A stretch of 64,000 nucleotides of DNA from NCBI RefSeq assembly GCF_006345805.1, contig NC_043009.1, forward strand, positions 1,178,001-1,242,000. Direction: 5' to 3'. Shown here piece by piece: positions 52,130-62,505 of this stretch. The position numbers and the translations under genes are program-made. The notes under the pieces are model-generated. The model searched no databases and had not been told where the DNA came from. It saw only the letters and a list, made by a program, of their open reading frames with translations. Numbering within the stretch: the stretch's first letter is position 1; the number at the start of each line of letters is the position of its first letter. This DNA is from Octopus sinensis (lineage: Eukaryota).

Positions 52130-53749
52130 CCACCCAGTAATTGAGTTTGAATGCCAGACAATAGAGAATAGAGAAACCTCCGCATCCTGCAAGTCTGGTG
52201 TTTTTATCTTTGATATTTCAAAATTGGCATGCACCAAACCCATAAGCTATGTGCGTGCGCATGTCTGTCTGTGTGTGTGTGTGCATGCAAGAACTTTTAT
52301 GACAGATAATTAGCTTGGTAACCATTTGCAAAAGGTTGCCCAGTGTTTTAGGTCATGCGATACATGAAAATAACCTTACCTCTCATTTAATATGTCAACT
52401 CGGATTTGAAGGCACAGCATGTATCTGGAGGAAAAGAAAATAATAATAATAACAGCAAGAACAAAAATTCCTAACACAGACAGAAGGCCACAATTTTTTT
52501 TCAATCCAGTCGATGTTTGGTACTTGACGAGTATTTAGTCTATTAACCCTGGTAAGATGGGAGGCAAAACTGATCTGGCAAAATTGCAACTCAGAATGTA
52601 AATGGGGCAGAACTAAACACAACAAAGCCATTTGTTGTCTGCCATTTTACAGAATCTGTCAATCCATGACGACGACAATGGTGAGTTGCAGGAAAGTAAA
52701 ATAATTAAATAATGATTAGCATTTAATTTAGCTCTCTAGCACTACAAAAATAAGAACAATAATAATGATAATAATCCTTTCTACTAAAGGCACAAGGCCT
52801 GAAATTTTGCGGGAGGGGACTAGTCGATTACATCAACCCCAGCGTTTCACTGGTACTTAATTTATCGACCCTGAAAGGACGAAAGGCAACGTCAGCCTCA
52901 GTGGGATTTGAACTCAGAACATAAAGACAGGTGAAATACCACCAAGCATTTCGTCCAACGTGCTAACAATTCTGCCAGCTCACCACCTTAATATCATCAT
53001 CATCAATAATAATAATAATAATCATCCTTTCTACTATAGAGACAAGGATTGAAATTTGGGGGGAAGGGGCCAGTTGATTTGATTGACTCCAGTACGCAAC
53101 TGGTACTTAATTTATTGACTCCAAGAGGATGAAAGGCAAAGTCAACCTTCTTGGAATTTGAAATCAGAATGTAAAGATGGATGGAATGCCACTAAAGCAT
53201 TTTGCCAATAATAATAATAATCCTCTCTACTATTGGCACAAGGCCTGAAATTTGTGGGGTGGAGGGCTACTTCATTGTATTGACCCTAATGCTTGACAGG
53301 TACTTATTTTACCAGTCCTGAAAGGATGAAAGGCAAAGTCAACTGAGGGAGAAATTGAACTCAGAACAGAGAAATGAACAAAATGCCGGGCAGCATTTTG
53401 TCCAGCTTGCTGCCTTTGGTTTCAAATTTTGACACTAGGCCAGCAAAGTTCAGCCAAAGATTCAATGTAGCATAAGTAACAAGAGATAAACTGATTAACT
53501 CCGAGTTAGTTGTCTTGTGCGCTATACTGTGGCATACGTTGGGGCAGGTGACAAACAGTTGGACGAGTCTATTGCTTATCACATTATTTCTACAAGTATT
53601 GAGTTGATGAAGGCAATACGATTTATTTATTGCTAGAGTGGCAAAAATGAGCATTGCTTGAAAAATTACATACCTTGTAAGATCTTCTCGAAGTAAGGAT
53701 GGATCAGGAGGATAAAATTTCACTTGGAATGCAAATTCCCAAGGAACAT
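6248..53749 (-). CDS. EPB41: Protein 4.1 / coracle-like FERM-domain gene, multi-exon, partial (5' FERM exons and C-terminal domain not seen in window)
   Basis: GT-AG exons join in frame into [65 protein letters not shown]...[24 protein letters not shown]...[41 protein letters not shown]...[17 protein letters not shown]...[17 protein letters not shown], diagnostic of the band 4.1 FERM and FA domains. Confidence 0.95.
9865..9991. repeat. Perfect 32-bp tandem repeat x4
   Basis: tttctggttggatgcttttagatacaaatttc starting at 9865, 9897, 9929 and 9961. Confidence 0.95.
12523..12891. mobile_element. Non-autonomous element resembling DINE-1/HINE (Helentron-associated) type
   Basis: Subterminal inverted motif (cctttgccttag / ccttggcggagg), tgtt microsatellite near one end; inverted homologue at 48245-48607. 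Confidence 0.6.
13481..13633 (-). CDS. EPB41: 153-nt Ser/acidic exon [51 protein letters not shown] (possible internal in-frame donor giving 13565-13633)
   Basis: TTTACAG acceptor, AAG|GTTTGC donor, phase 0 to 0; alternative AAG|GTGACA donor after 69 nt. Confidence 0.8.
14731..15250 (-). mobile_element. Chain of SINE family A copies
   Basis: Three partial modules of the same family. Confidence 0.75.
15470..15760 (-). mobile_element. RTE-type LINE 3' fragment, degenerate
   Basis: Minus strand gives [14 protein letters not shown]...WYGHVLRR...RRRDRPKKT with frameshifts, typical of the RTE ORF C-terminus. Confidence 0.75.
15923..15925 (-). CDS. Candidate 3-nt microexon (CAA, Gln)
   Basis: Minus strand reads TGCCTTTGGTTTGTTTTGTGTTTCACGTAACTTTTGCATTGCAG|CAA|GTATGT. 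Confidence 0.45.
17319..17550 (-). mobile_element. tRNA-derived SINE family A, well-preserved copy; further copies near 20183-20390, 22265-22448, 30225-30375, 36690-36888, 54481-54638
   Basis: Minus head GGCGCAAGCTGGCAGAAACGTTAGCAC, B-box-like GAGTTCAAATTCC, core GCCTTTCATCCTTTCAGGGTCGATAAATTAAGTAC; more than 20 dispersed copies. Confidence 0.85.
20718..20789 (-). CDS. EPB41: Candidate 72-nt symmetric exon [24 protein letters not shown]
   Basis: CTTACAG acceptor, AAG|GTGACA donor, phase 0 to 0, GC-richer than flanks. Confidence 0.6.
24568..24630 (-). CDS. EPB41: Tandem 63-nt exon copy 4 (diverged), [21 protein letters not shown]
   Basis: CAACAG acceptor, AAG|GTCTTT donor; length and open frame kept despite divergence. 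Confidence 0.68.
25468..25530 (-). CDS. EPB41: Tandem 63-nt exon copy 3, [21 protein letters not shown]
   Basis: CAACAG acceptor, AAG|GTCTTT donor, phase 0 to 0. Confidence 0.68.
26300..26362 (-). CDS. EPB41: Tandem 63-nt exon copy 2, [21 protein letters not shown]
   Basis: TTTTCTGTGACAG acceptor (upstream region shortened relative to other copies), AAG|GTCTTT donor. Confidence 0.6.
27139..27201 (-). CDS. EPB41: Tandem 63-nt exon copy 1, [21 protein letters not shown]
   Basis: CAACAG acceptor with CTAAC branch-point-like motif upstream, AAG|GTCTTT donor, phase 0 to 0. Confidence 0.68.
30031..30141 (-). CDS. EPB41: 111-nt symmetric exon [37 protein letters not shown]
   Basis: CTCCAG acceptor, CAG|GTTTCT donor, phase 0 to 0; the real frame differs from the ORF-track frame. 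Confidence 0.78.
32595..32660 (-). CDS. EPB41: 66-nt symmetric exon [22 protein letters not shown]
   Basis: TTTTTGCAG acceptor, AAG|GTTGGT donor, phase 0 to 0. Confidence 0.82.
33235..33441. mobile_element. piggyBac-type MITE
   Basis: TTAA target duplication, CCCTTT/AAAGGG ends, homologous to 5747-5967. Confidence 0.8.
34166..34228 (-). CDS. EPB41: 63-nt symmetric exon [21 protein letters not shown]
   Basis: TTTCCGTTATAG acceptor, ACT|GTGAGT donor, phase 0 to 0, open. Confidence 0.82.
37308..37544 (-). CDS. EPB41: 4.1 variable-region exon, 237 nt, [64 protein letters not shown]...LDKM
   Basis: TTTCAG acceptor, ATG|GTACAG donor, phase 0 to 0, open and protein-like. Confidence 0.82.
38320..39080 (-). 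mobile_element. Chain of four SINE family A copies
   Basis: Repeated gatgaaaggcaaag...ttgaactcagaatgt modules. Confidence 0.8.
39872..40201 (-). mobile_element. tRNA-derived SINE family C
   Basis: Head GTGAAGGCACATGGCTTGGTGATTAGAGC...GAGTTCAATTCC; homologue at 56836-57166. Confidence 0.8.
40917..41152 (-). CDS. EPB41: 4.1 variable-region exon, 236 nt, [28 protein letters not shown]...RYDRPSSPD
   Basis: CT-rich tract then TTGCAG acceptor, GAC|GTAAGT donor; phase 1 to 0 continues the FA exon frame. Confidence 0.88.
42375..42562 (-). CDS. EPB41: 4.1 FERM-adjacent (FA) exon, 188 nt, [32 protein letters not shown]...RSRSMDD
   Basis: CTCTAG acceptor, G|GTAAGA donor, phase 2 to 1, [11 protein letters not shown] motif. 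Confidence 0.96.
44032..44129 (-). CDS. EPB41: 4.1 FERM exon (F3 end), 98 nt, [33 protein letters not shown]
   Basis: TTTCAG acceptor, AG|GTAATC donor, [13 protein letters not shown] motif. Confidence 0.97.
44534..44686 (-). CDS. EPB41: 4.1 FERM exon (F3), 153 nt, [51 protein letters not shown]
   Basis: TTTTAG acceptor, GAA|GTAAGT donor, phase 0 to 0, [17 protein letters not shown] motif. Confidence 0.97.
45872..46091 (+). mobile_element. SINE family A copy (plus strand) inserted into an older repeat
   Basis: Same body as 17319-17550 in reverse; flanking near-duplicate taggaatctctg / tagggatctctg. Confidence 0.8.
46951..47014. repeat. (GA)n microsatellite; others at 29633-29683 and 52073-52127
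   Basis: Seen directly. Confidence 0.95.
47100..47187 (-). CDS. EPB41: 4.1 FERM exon, 88 nt, [29 protein letters not shown]
   Basis: TTTCAG acceptor, AAA|GTACGT donor, phase 2 to 0, MYGVDLH motif. Confidence 0.96.
47241..47442. mobile_element. About 200-bp palindromic MITE-like element
   Basis: attagggttcagtaaaaaaatttacttcaccac... mirrors ...gtggtgaagcaaatttttttgctgaaccctaat, with a loop of only about 10 nt. Confidence 0.85.
47850..48029 (-). CDS. EPB41: 4.1 FERM exon (F2), 180 nt, [24 protein letters not shown]...HQQHK
   Basis: CTTCAG acceptor, AA|GTAAGT donor, phase 2 to 2, LPCSF and QSELGDYD motifs. Confidence 0.96.
48245..48607. mobile_element. Second copy of the DINE-1/HINE-like element, opposite orientation
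   Basis: Reverse complement aligns along its full length to 12523-12891. Confidence 0.65.
49190..49418. repeat. Imperfect inverted repeat (degenerate MITE)
   Basis: gggcggaaagcgaggcaatgaacaaaaaagatg pairs with cgtctcttttgctcattccctcactttccgccc. Confidence 0.7.
49525..49830 (-). mobile_element. tRNA-derived SINE of another family
   Basis: Minus head GGAGGCACAATGGCCTAGTGGTTAGGGCAGC...GTTTCGATTCCC with A/B-box-like motifs. Confidence 0.7.
50303..50724. mobile_element. Two nested piggyBac-type MITEs of a second family (inner copy 50517-50707); other copies near 12131-12337, 21506-21726, 56503-56726, 59771-59942
   Basis: Inner TTAA|CCCTTTAGCGTTCAGATT...TAAAGGG|TTAA inserted near the end of a homologous outer copy. 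Confidence 0.75.
51339..51698. repeat. Imperfect inverted repeat (degenerate MITE)
   Basis: ggttgtctctacagg...gcactgatttttgctatga pairs with tcataaccaaaatcagtgc...tctgtagagatgacc. Confidence 0.7.
52380..52424 (-). CDS. EPB41: 4.1 FERM exon, 45 nt, (R)[14 protein letters not shown](R)
   Basis: CTCCAG acceptor, AG|GTAAGG donor, phase 2 to 2; matches the YxLCLQxRxDI motif; absent from the ORF track. Confidence 0.93.
52760..53450 (-). mobile_element. Chain of three SINE family A copies joined by (AAT)n, plus a fragment
   Basis: Modules at about 52775, 53026 and 53221. Confidence 0.85.
53674..53749 (-). CDS. EPB41: 4.1 FERM exon (F1 end), 76 nt, [26 protein letters not shown]
   Basis: TTTCAG acceptor, AG|GTATGT donor, phase 1 to 2, VKFYPPDP motif. 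Confidence 0.96.
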
Positions 53750-56700
53750 CTGAAAAAGATAAAATGAGACAAGGGTTAGAAGAAAACTGTAAAACAATAG
53801 TAACTGCATTCTCCAGTAAAACAGATGAAGCCGTTTGCATCTACATGTAACAAATTTGTAGACTATCTCCTCTCATCAAAGTATCAACAATTTTAGCTAT
53901 AACTAATGTATCCAACTGACAGTTACACATTGTGTCCTGAAGACAAAGAACTTGGAAAGTTGTTGCCACTTCATTTACCAAATAGTGAGAAAAAAGTGGC
54001 TTGATTCTCTTTTATTTGTTTCAGCCCTTGGACTGCAGCCATGCTGGGGCACCATCTTTTAAGGGTTTGGTCAAAGAAACAGACCCCAGTTCTTATTTTT
54101 TAAGCTTAGTATTTATCCTCACGGTCACTTTCGTTGAATCACAAGTTACGAGGAGGTAAGCAAACCAACACTGGTCATCTCACACACACACACACACATA
54201 TATATACATACAAGACGGGCATCTACATAGTTTTTGTCAAATTCACTCACAAGGAATTAGGTAGCCTGGAGCCATAGTAGAAGACACCTAAGGTGCCATG
54301 CAGTGGGACTGAACCTGAAACAATGTAGTTACAAAGAAAAATTCTTAACTACATATCTATGCCTGTGTCCATGGAGGAACACAGAACTAACTAGGACAAA
54401 AAGGGACAGTTTTGTCACAGTGACAGAAAGTGAGTTAACCCTGGATCAAGCAGACCCATGATCAAAGGCATTGCAGTTCTTTTCTACTCTAGGCACAAGA
54501 CTCTAAATTTGGCAGGGAGGGGGCCAGTTGATTAGATCGACCCTGAAAGGATGAAAGGCAAAGTCGACCATGGCAGATTTGAACTCCAAACGTAAAGACA
54601 GACGAAATACTGCTAACATTTCTGCCAGCTTGCCACCTTAAGGCATTTCAGTTCTGACCAGCATGTCTGGTATATTAGCCAATGATATTTTCTAAGAAAG
54701 TAAGGTGTAATTTAAGAGAACTTGCTTGTTATTTCTAGCAGGATGAGTAACTATACATAGGCTTCCTTCTAAGTTTTAAACTGAAGTAGGCAACAGTAAT
54801 TAGAAAATGGCAAATTTGTTCTGAGGACTAAAATTTAGAAACTAGTATCCTGATAAGCAGGTGAAGAAACTTGTTTGAGACAAAATATTTGATTAACCAA
54901 TTTATCTGACATCTCTTAAATATCTCCTTCTCATCATTAAAACTGAGACAAAAGCTATGTGCCAACATTTTTAGGACCTGCTAATATAAAGAGACAATAT
55001 TCACAGCTGAATGTAGTTTTCTGTATACTACTGATTGAGTTCATCTAACATTTTGCCTGCTCTGATACAGGGAGATAATACTGGTCCCTGACAACACATT
55101 TGTGACAGTTTGTGCACTACACTTGTGTGCAAGAGACTGATGAACAAGCATCTCTGTTGAGAGAGAGAAAGAGAGAGATCAATATCTTTGTGCCCCTCCA
55201 GGGTCTCAGAAGTAGTTGAGTATTTAGTTGAATTCAGTAACATTTTAACAGAACATTTTTCGGTCACATTTAGCTTAAATGACATCAGACCACCCACTCG
55301 TATACAGGAAGGGTACCTATCTATTTACTGCAGATCACATTCCATATAAGATGAAGCTATCCCCAGCAAAATAGCCTAATTGAGGTACGTAGAATTTTAA
55401 TTAAATAATTATGCTTCAGAGACAGAAAGACATCTCATGCAGTAACCAGAGAACCCAAGAGTCATGAACTTAGAAACTAAATATGTTAAGAACTGTCTCC
55501 CCACACAAAATAGACAGGCAAACAGATACATACATATAAACATACACACACACACACACACACACACATGTTACTGGTTTTTCTTTTCTTTTTTTTATCC
55601 AATGGCAAGTGATCTAAAAACACAATGTTCAAATGGGGTTGTTTTAGATATTTTTTTCTGCCAAGATATTATTAACCTTTGCAACGCAAAAGTGTTTTTA
55701 TTTAATGAATCAAAGCAAATTGGAAAATTGCATTTCCCACAGAACATTTCTGAAGAAATGAAAGTTGAAGTAGCAGTGACTTTAGAGTTAGCAAAGCACT
55801 TTCAGGAAAAAATATTTGAAACAAAATACTTCAGAAATGTATTGATTTTTAAACATAGATTTTAACCTCAACAAGTGAATGCAAAATCTCAAGTGCACAC
55901 ATGTCTCTCTCTCCCCCCCTCTCTCTCTATATACATACACACACACAGATACCCTGCCACATACATTTAATGCCCACTTTATCATGCTTGCATGGATCAA
56001 ATGGAATTTGACAAGGCAGATCTTTTACAGCTGGATGTCCATCCTGCTGCCAACCCTCACCTCTTTCCAAGTAAGGTAACATTTCCTTGGGGCCAGATAT
56101 GTTTTAATGGAAGACTGGAAATGAAGGATGCCACTTGCATGACAGTAACACACACATACACACATATACAATAAGTTTCTTTCAGTTTCTGTCTACTAAA
56201 TCCACTCACGGGGCTTCAGTTGGCCTGGAGCTATAGTCAAAGGCACACACTATGGATGCATACAAACACACACACAACACGCTACTTAAACACACACACA
56301 CAAACTAAATTATAACATGAAATTAAATTCAAGTTTTTTTAACATCTAACAAATATATTCTACTCATAAATAGACAACAGAAGGAGTTTCGAATTATGAA
56401 CTTTAGAAACAACAGTAACCATATTTATGAAGATTAGTTGGAAAAAAAAATCTTTTTCAGAAGGGAATAAGCAGTGTGTGTGGAGCATGAGAGGCAGTTT
56501 TAGCCCTTTAGCATTTGAAACGGGCCATATTTGGTCCAAATATGCTACTTGTATTTATGTCCTAACCAACCAGATCCAGCCTATCACACCTACCATTCAA
56601 TGCCATTCTAAAAATATACTGTGACATTGTCCAAATTTCTAAGCTATGAGATAATACATGATTAATTAAAAACAATGTGAATGAAAAAGCATTGCATTTG

Positions 56701-56835
56701 AGAGAATAATCTGAATGCTGAAGGGTCAGGCAATGGAGAACAATGTTTACGAATAAGTGACGAAATCCTACAATTAATTTGCATTACATATACCACACAT
56801 GTCTGAATGTACAAATAGAAGTAGGGGTACTCAAA

Positions 56836-57166
56836 CCCCTTCAGTCATGAATGACCATGGGATTGCACCTACAAAGTTCCCCTTCGAGGCACAAGTCCAG
56901 GCAAGGTTGTTCATGGAAAACCAGCAGTCTCCCATGCATACCAGCCTGCTCTCTCCTTGCCACTGATGTTATCCAAGGGAAAGGCAAAGGGGCCGATACA
57001 GCTTTGCACCGGTGATGTCGCAACTCATTTCTACAGCTGAGTGAACAGGAGCAACATGAAATTAAGTGTCTTGCTCAAGAACACAACACACAGCCCGATC
57101 TGGGAATTGAACTCCCTACCTCATGATTGTGAGCCCAACACTAACCACTGAGCCATGTGTCTTCAC
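56836..57166 (-). mobile_element. tRNA-derived SINE family C, second copy
   Basis: Aligns end to end with 39872-40201. Confidence 0.8.
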
Positions 57167-60100
57167 TTAGTACTCAAATCATGTAGTAGAGTATATTTAT
57201 TCACTCTGCTGAAGTTGATAATTCATTTCTTTGTTACTCCAAGTTTTCTTGCTTTTGGCCAACAGAATGGAAGGAAGCTTGAAAGTGAGAAAATCAGAGC
57301 AATAAAAGAATGAATTGTCAGCTTTAATATATTATCAACGTTTTATGTCCACTTTTCCATGCTTGCATGGGTCAGCTGGAAAAAGCTGAGGAAGATTTTC
57401 TATGGTTGGATGCCTTTCCTGTGCCAACCTTCACTTGTTTCCAAACAAGGTAATATTTCCTTCCCATGACCAGACACAGTTTTCGTGGAAGACTAGAAAA
57501 GAACAACATTGCTTGTATGACAGTGATGTATGAAGGGGACTTTCCATCTACCAAGTCCATTCGAAAGGTTTTGGCATGGGGGCTATAATAGAAGATACTT
57601 GCCCAAGGAGCCGAGCCATACAGTATGACTAAACCTGATATTACATGGTTGGGAAGTAAGTTCCTTAACCACAAGGCCATGCCTGTGTCTTAACACTAGT
57701 TTTAAATCTGTCTTTCCAAGCTGCCAGACAAGTAAGAGCACTGTTCAGTTCAATCCTATTTACATCATTTCCTGAGAATGGGGAAATGGAAGTAACAAAC
57801 CTACTTTGTAACTCCCACTGGAAACACTAATAGCGAAATGAAACTGGAAAATATATTTTTAAACAAATCATCTATTTGTTTTTACAATTTTGGTTTTCAG
57901 AATAACGACAATTTCTCTGCATTGCTGACTTAAAAAAAAAAATAGAAAAATTCCAGTTTTAATTGTCAGATCCTAAATTCTGTTTTAGAGAGAGGCAAGC
58001 ATTTAGCTCTTTTGTTAACATATTTTTTATTGAAATATATTGCCTTTGCTTCAATTAATTTAAAAAATAAGGAATTTAGTAAACTAATTAGATTTATTAA
58101 GCCAGTGTTTGGAATTTAAATTTACATAAAATTCTGATGGGATGTTTTAATTTAGTAGACTGTGAGAAAACAAGAAACTTGTGCCATAGAACCAAGGTTG
58201 GTTTCAGACAGATTCAGTTTAGAAGGATTAAAAAGATTCTATGAATCAAAATCTCTCACTTTAAAGTGTTCGTATTGCAATTAAAATCTATCACAGATGT
58301 ACGCAAGAGCTTTTAGCTACATTTTGTTACAAACATTATCTCAATAAAGGCATAAATGTTTAAGTTATATGACTAAATGTAACAAAATACTTGATTCTTT
58401 TCAAAAATAACTGAGGAACACAGTGTATTTTGTTTGAAATATGGTCAAAAAAAAAAAAAAAAAGAGGGAGGGTACTAATTAACCTGATATGAAATTAATA
58501 ATTAGAAAAGCAATAATTTTTATTTTTGTAATTATTTAAATAGGTAAAAATCTGTTGCAACATTTGCATATAATTTAGAATCTTTACCAACAATAAATAT
58601 CAAAGAGAGCTTTTGATGACTTTGGTCACACCACTAAAAAAGTACTTTAATAACCAATGCAGTACAAAGTGCAACATGTATACGAAGAGAAAGGAAGGAA
58701 ACTTCAAATTCACTGAGTCAGACCCTAAACATGGTTACAAAATTTTAGAAAAAGTTATATTTATATAATGATGACATTACATCTGCTACAAAAAGGACAA
58801 AAGTGTTGCATAGGCATGAGTGTTTCAGGTAACCCATGTGAGGTCTGAGAGAAAAAAACTCACTCACTGGTATATTAATCTGGCTTAGCAAAAGTTGTAC
58901 GGCTTGAATCTCATCCGACTAGTTATAATGAGTTCTCAAATTGTTATTTACAAATATACAAACACATATACATACAAGCACTGCAGTAAGGTGGTAAACT
59001 GTGAAGATCTGCCTGTAAACTGAAGGCTCAAATACCCAGTTGAACCACTTCATTTCTTGTAGCTTTAGCCTATGGTGACCCAATGATAATTTATGGCTTG
59101 TGGGATACTTGGATTTTTTCATACACACACATGCTAAAAACTTGTGAATAATTTGAGACCAAGACCTCTTTACAACAAATCTACTAACAGGAATTCAACT
59201 ACACACCTCTTAGTGCTGGGATAATAATGTGCTACTATTTACTTTTTGATATGAAACACAGTTCAAAGCTGGCAGAATGGTCAGCACACTGGGCAAAATG
59301 CTTAGTAGAATTTTGCCTGGCTTTACAGAGTTCAAATTCCACTGAGGTCAACTTTGCTGTAATCCTTTTGAGGGTCGATAAAATAAGTACAAGTTGATTA
59401 CTGGGGTCAATGAAATTGATTTACCTCAAACTGCTGGCCTTGTGCCAAAATGGAAAAACCAATATGAAACCATTTTACATTATTCAAATTTAATATTGAT
59501 TATATTAAAATATTAGCAGTTAATACATCATTTATTTACACACAAAATATGCTAAGTAAATAAAAAAGCTTATTTAGTCTGTAAATAAACATTTGGGATA
59601 GAGCCTATATATGTAAACTTTATTTCCACCAGTCATAGTTGAACTAATGTCTTATCTGAGTGGATCTTGATATCAGGTATTAAAAATAATTAAAATAATT
59701 TTCCAAGATCTAAAATACCAAACTATGCCTATGTAAATTATACTGGTTCTCAATTATGTACATTGTTAAACCCCTTAGCATTTAAACCAGCCAGATCCAG
59801 CTGCTCACACTGACCCTACAATGTCATTGTAAAACTAAACAATAACACCATAGAAATCTCAAAGCTACGAGATAATGCAGGATTTAATTCAAAACAATGT
59901 GAATTACATAAACATTACATTTGACAGTAATCTGAATGCTACCCCTAAAACCCTGCAAGCTATATAGAGATGTCCACTTGAATCAAATCTGTTCCGTGTT
60001 TATCTAGGGATTGGTGAACAGGAAAACAATTACTAAAAACATAAAGCAGAGAGCTTATTTTTAAATAAAATATAATTATAGTTTTTTTTTTGTTTTTGAT

Positions 60101-60339
60101 TTTCCAATATACTGAGTGATTATTGTTACTTAGCATGTGTAGCAGAATTTCCTTATTTTGCTTTGCTTTTTGGGTTAGTAACATAATGACCTCCTTGAAA
60201 TACAAAAACATTATTTGTTTACTCAAAAAGAGACTGGGGTATTGTTTCACACATTTTTAAACTTTTATTTCTCATATATTAGTCCCTTTATTTGAATAAC
60301 ATTTTCAAAATTAGTATTATTACTCTTTTTTTACTCTTT

Positions 60340-60739
60340 TCTTTGTTTCAGTCATGTGACTGTGGCCATGCTGGAGCACCGCCTTTAGTTGAGCAAATCA
60401 ACCCCAGGACTTATTCTTTGTAAACCTAGTACTTATTCTATCGGCCTCTTTTGCTGAATCGCTAAGTTACGGGGATGTAAACACACCAGCATCAGTTGTC
60501 AAGCGATGTTGGGGGAGAACAAACACAGACACACAAACATATACACACGCACACACACACAAATATATATATATACCTATACAATGGGCTTCTTTCAGTT
60601 TCTGTCTACCAAATCTACTCACAAGGCTTTGGTCAGCCTGAGGTTATAGTAGAAGACACTTGCCCAAGGTGCCACGCAGTGGGACTGAACCTGGAACCAT
60701 GTGGTTGTTAAGCAAGCTACTTACAACACAGCCACTCCT
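60340..60739 (-). mobile_element. tRNA-derived SINE family B with CORE-like CCTTGGGCAAGT; other copies near 28260-28620, 33490-33860 (+), 41450-41740, 43630-43965, 44770-45095, 50890-51260, 54015-54365
   Basis: Minus head GGAGTGGCTGTG...GGTTCCAGGTTCAGTCCCACTGCGTGGCACCTTGGGCAAGTG, internal (TG)n, many homologous copies. Confidence 0.85.
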
Positions 60740-60983
60740 AAAACATTTCTAAAACTTTTTTTTACATTCACTGTACTACTACTGTGTCACCAACAGTTTT
60801 TATCTGAAATATATGTGAGACATTACATAGAGCATTCTGCATCGTGAAAGCAATCAGCTACAAGAAGTGGTTGATTTCTAAAGATGAAGAGAGACTAAAG
60901 TATTAGCTTTAATTTATGAACCTGAGTAATGCCAAGTGCTTGTTGGCAGTTTCATATAAATTTAGAACATAATACTAACAAAA

Positions 60984-61990
60984 ATGGTTTCAAATTTTGC
61001 CACAAGGGCAGCAATTCTGAGGGAGGGGATGGGTCGATTACATCGACCCCAGTGTTCAACTGGTACTTATTTTATTGACCCTGAAAGGATGAAAGACAAA
61101 GTAAGTCAACCATGGCAGAATCTGAACTCAGAACACAAAGATCGACGAAAAGCCACAAAGCATTTTGCCTGGCGTGCTAAAGATTCTGCCAGCTTGCCAC
61201 CTTAATAATAATAATTCTTTCTACTATAGACACACGGTGGAGTCACACGGTCTAGTGCTTAGAGCAGTGGATGCACATTTGAGGGGTTGTGGGTTCGAAT
61301 CTCAGACTGGGCAAGGTGTGTGTTTAAGAGTGAAACACCTAAGCCCCACACGGCTCCGGCAGAAGGTAATGGCAAATTTCTGCTTACTCTTTCACCATAA
61401 CTTTCTCTCACTCTTTCGTCCTACATCTTGCAGTTCATCTGTGACGGACTGGTGTCCTGTCCAGGTGGGGAACCTATATACCAACAAAACTGGGAAACCA
61501 GCCCTTATGAGCCAGGCATGGCTTGAGAAAGAACAAACAACATAGACACAAGGCTTGAAATTTGGAAAGAGAAAGGGCAAGTCAAGCACATCAACCCCAC
61601 TGCTTAACTACTACTTGTTATATCAACCCTGAGAGGATGAACGGCAAAGTTGACCTTAGTGGAATTTGAACTCAGAATGTAAGGACAGATGAAATGGTAC
61701 AAAGCATTTTGAGTAGCATGCTAACGATTGTGCCAGTTGGCTGGCTTTATAATAATAATTGTAATAAGAATAATAATAATAGTTTCAAATTTTGGCACAA
61801 GGCCAGCAATTCTGGGGGAGGGACTAAGTTGATTGAATTGATGCCAGTGCTTGACTGTTACTTATTTTATTAACTCTGAAAGGATGAAAGACAAAGTTGA
61901 CTTTGGTGGAATTTGAATTCAGAGCATAAGGACAAATGAAATGGTGCAAAGCATTTAGACCAGCATTTGGACCAGCTAATGTCAGCTGAC
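60984..61990 (-). mobile_element. Chain of three SINE family A copies, the middle one interrupted by another SINE
   Basis: Modules at about 60984, 61216-61745 and 61782. Confidence 0.8.
61235..61541 (+). mobile_element. tRNA-derived SINE family D with a 9-bp target-site duplication
   Basis: A/B-box-like ggtctagtgcttagag and gggttcgaatctc, (AAC)-like tail, atagacaca at 61226-61234 and 61542-61550. Confidence 0.8.
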
Positions 61991-62505
61991 TGTCTTTATA
62001 AGAAAATAAATACAAGAGTTATTCTTTCTGTTCCAAGGTTTTAGTTGGCTCAAGGGTTATAAAAGGCGGCACTTTCCCAAAGTGGCACACTGGGACTGAA
62101 CCTGTGGCCACACAGTTGGAAAGCAAACTTATCAACCACAGAGCCATGCCTGCACCTATGTACATATATAATAAATAAGATTACAAATATAGAATTAAAT
62201 ATAAAAATGACTCAGAAATACATCTGCAAATAATTAAATGATATGTCACTATTTCTAATGAAGCCTCAAGCGACTTCTTGCACAACTTTGGCTGGGAACT
62301 GGTAAACACTGCACTAAACCTAACACAATGAAGAGAGAAGATAAATTGTGCTGCAGTAGGTAACAGGGATGTAGAATAAATTACAAAACCGGGAATTAAG
62401 CAGTTGTAGATAAATCTCACTTTTAATTGTGCTGAGGATACTATTAACTACTACAATTAAAACAACACCAATATCTAATTAGCTATTTGTGTGGGTTTTT
62501 TTTAC

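Noticed and set aside
58868-58918. 51-nt AG...GTGAGT segment (SDEIQAVQLLLSQINIP)
   Set aside because: Reads through in phase 0 but has a stop in phase 1, which this intron requires
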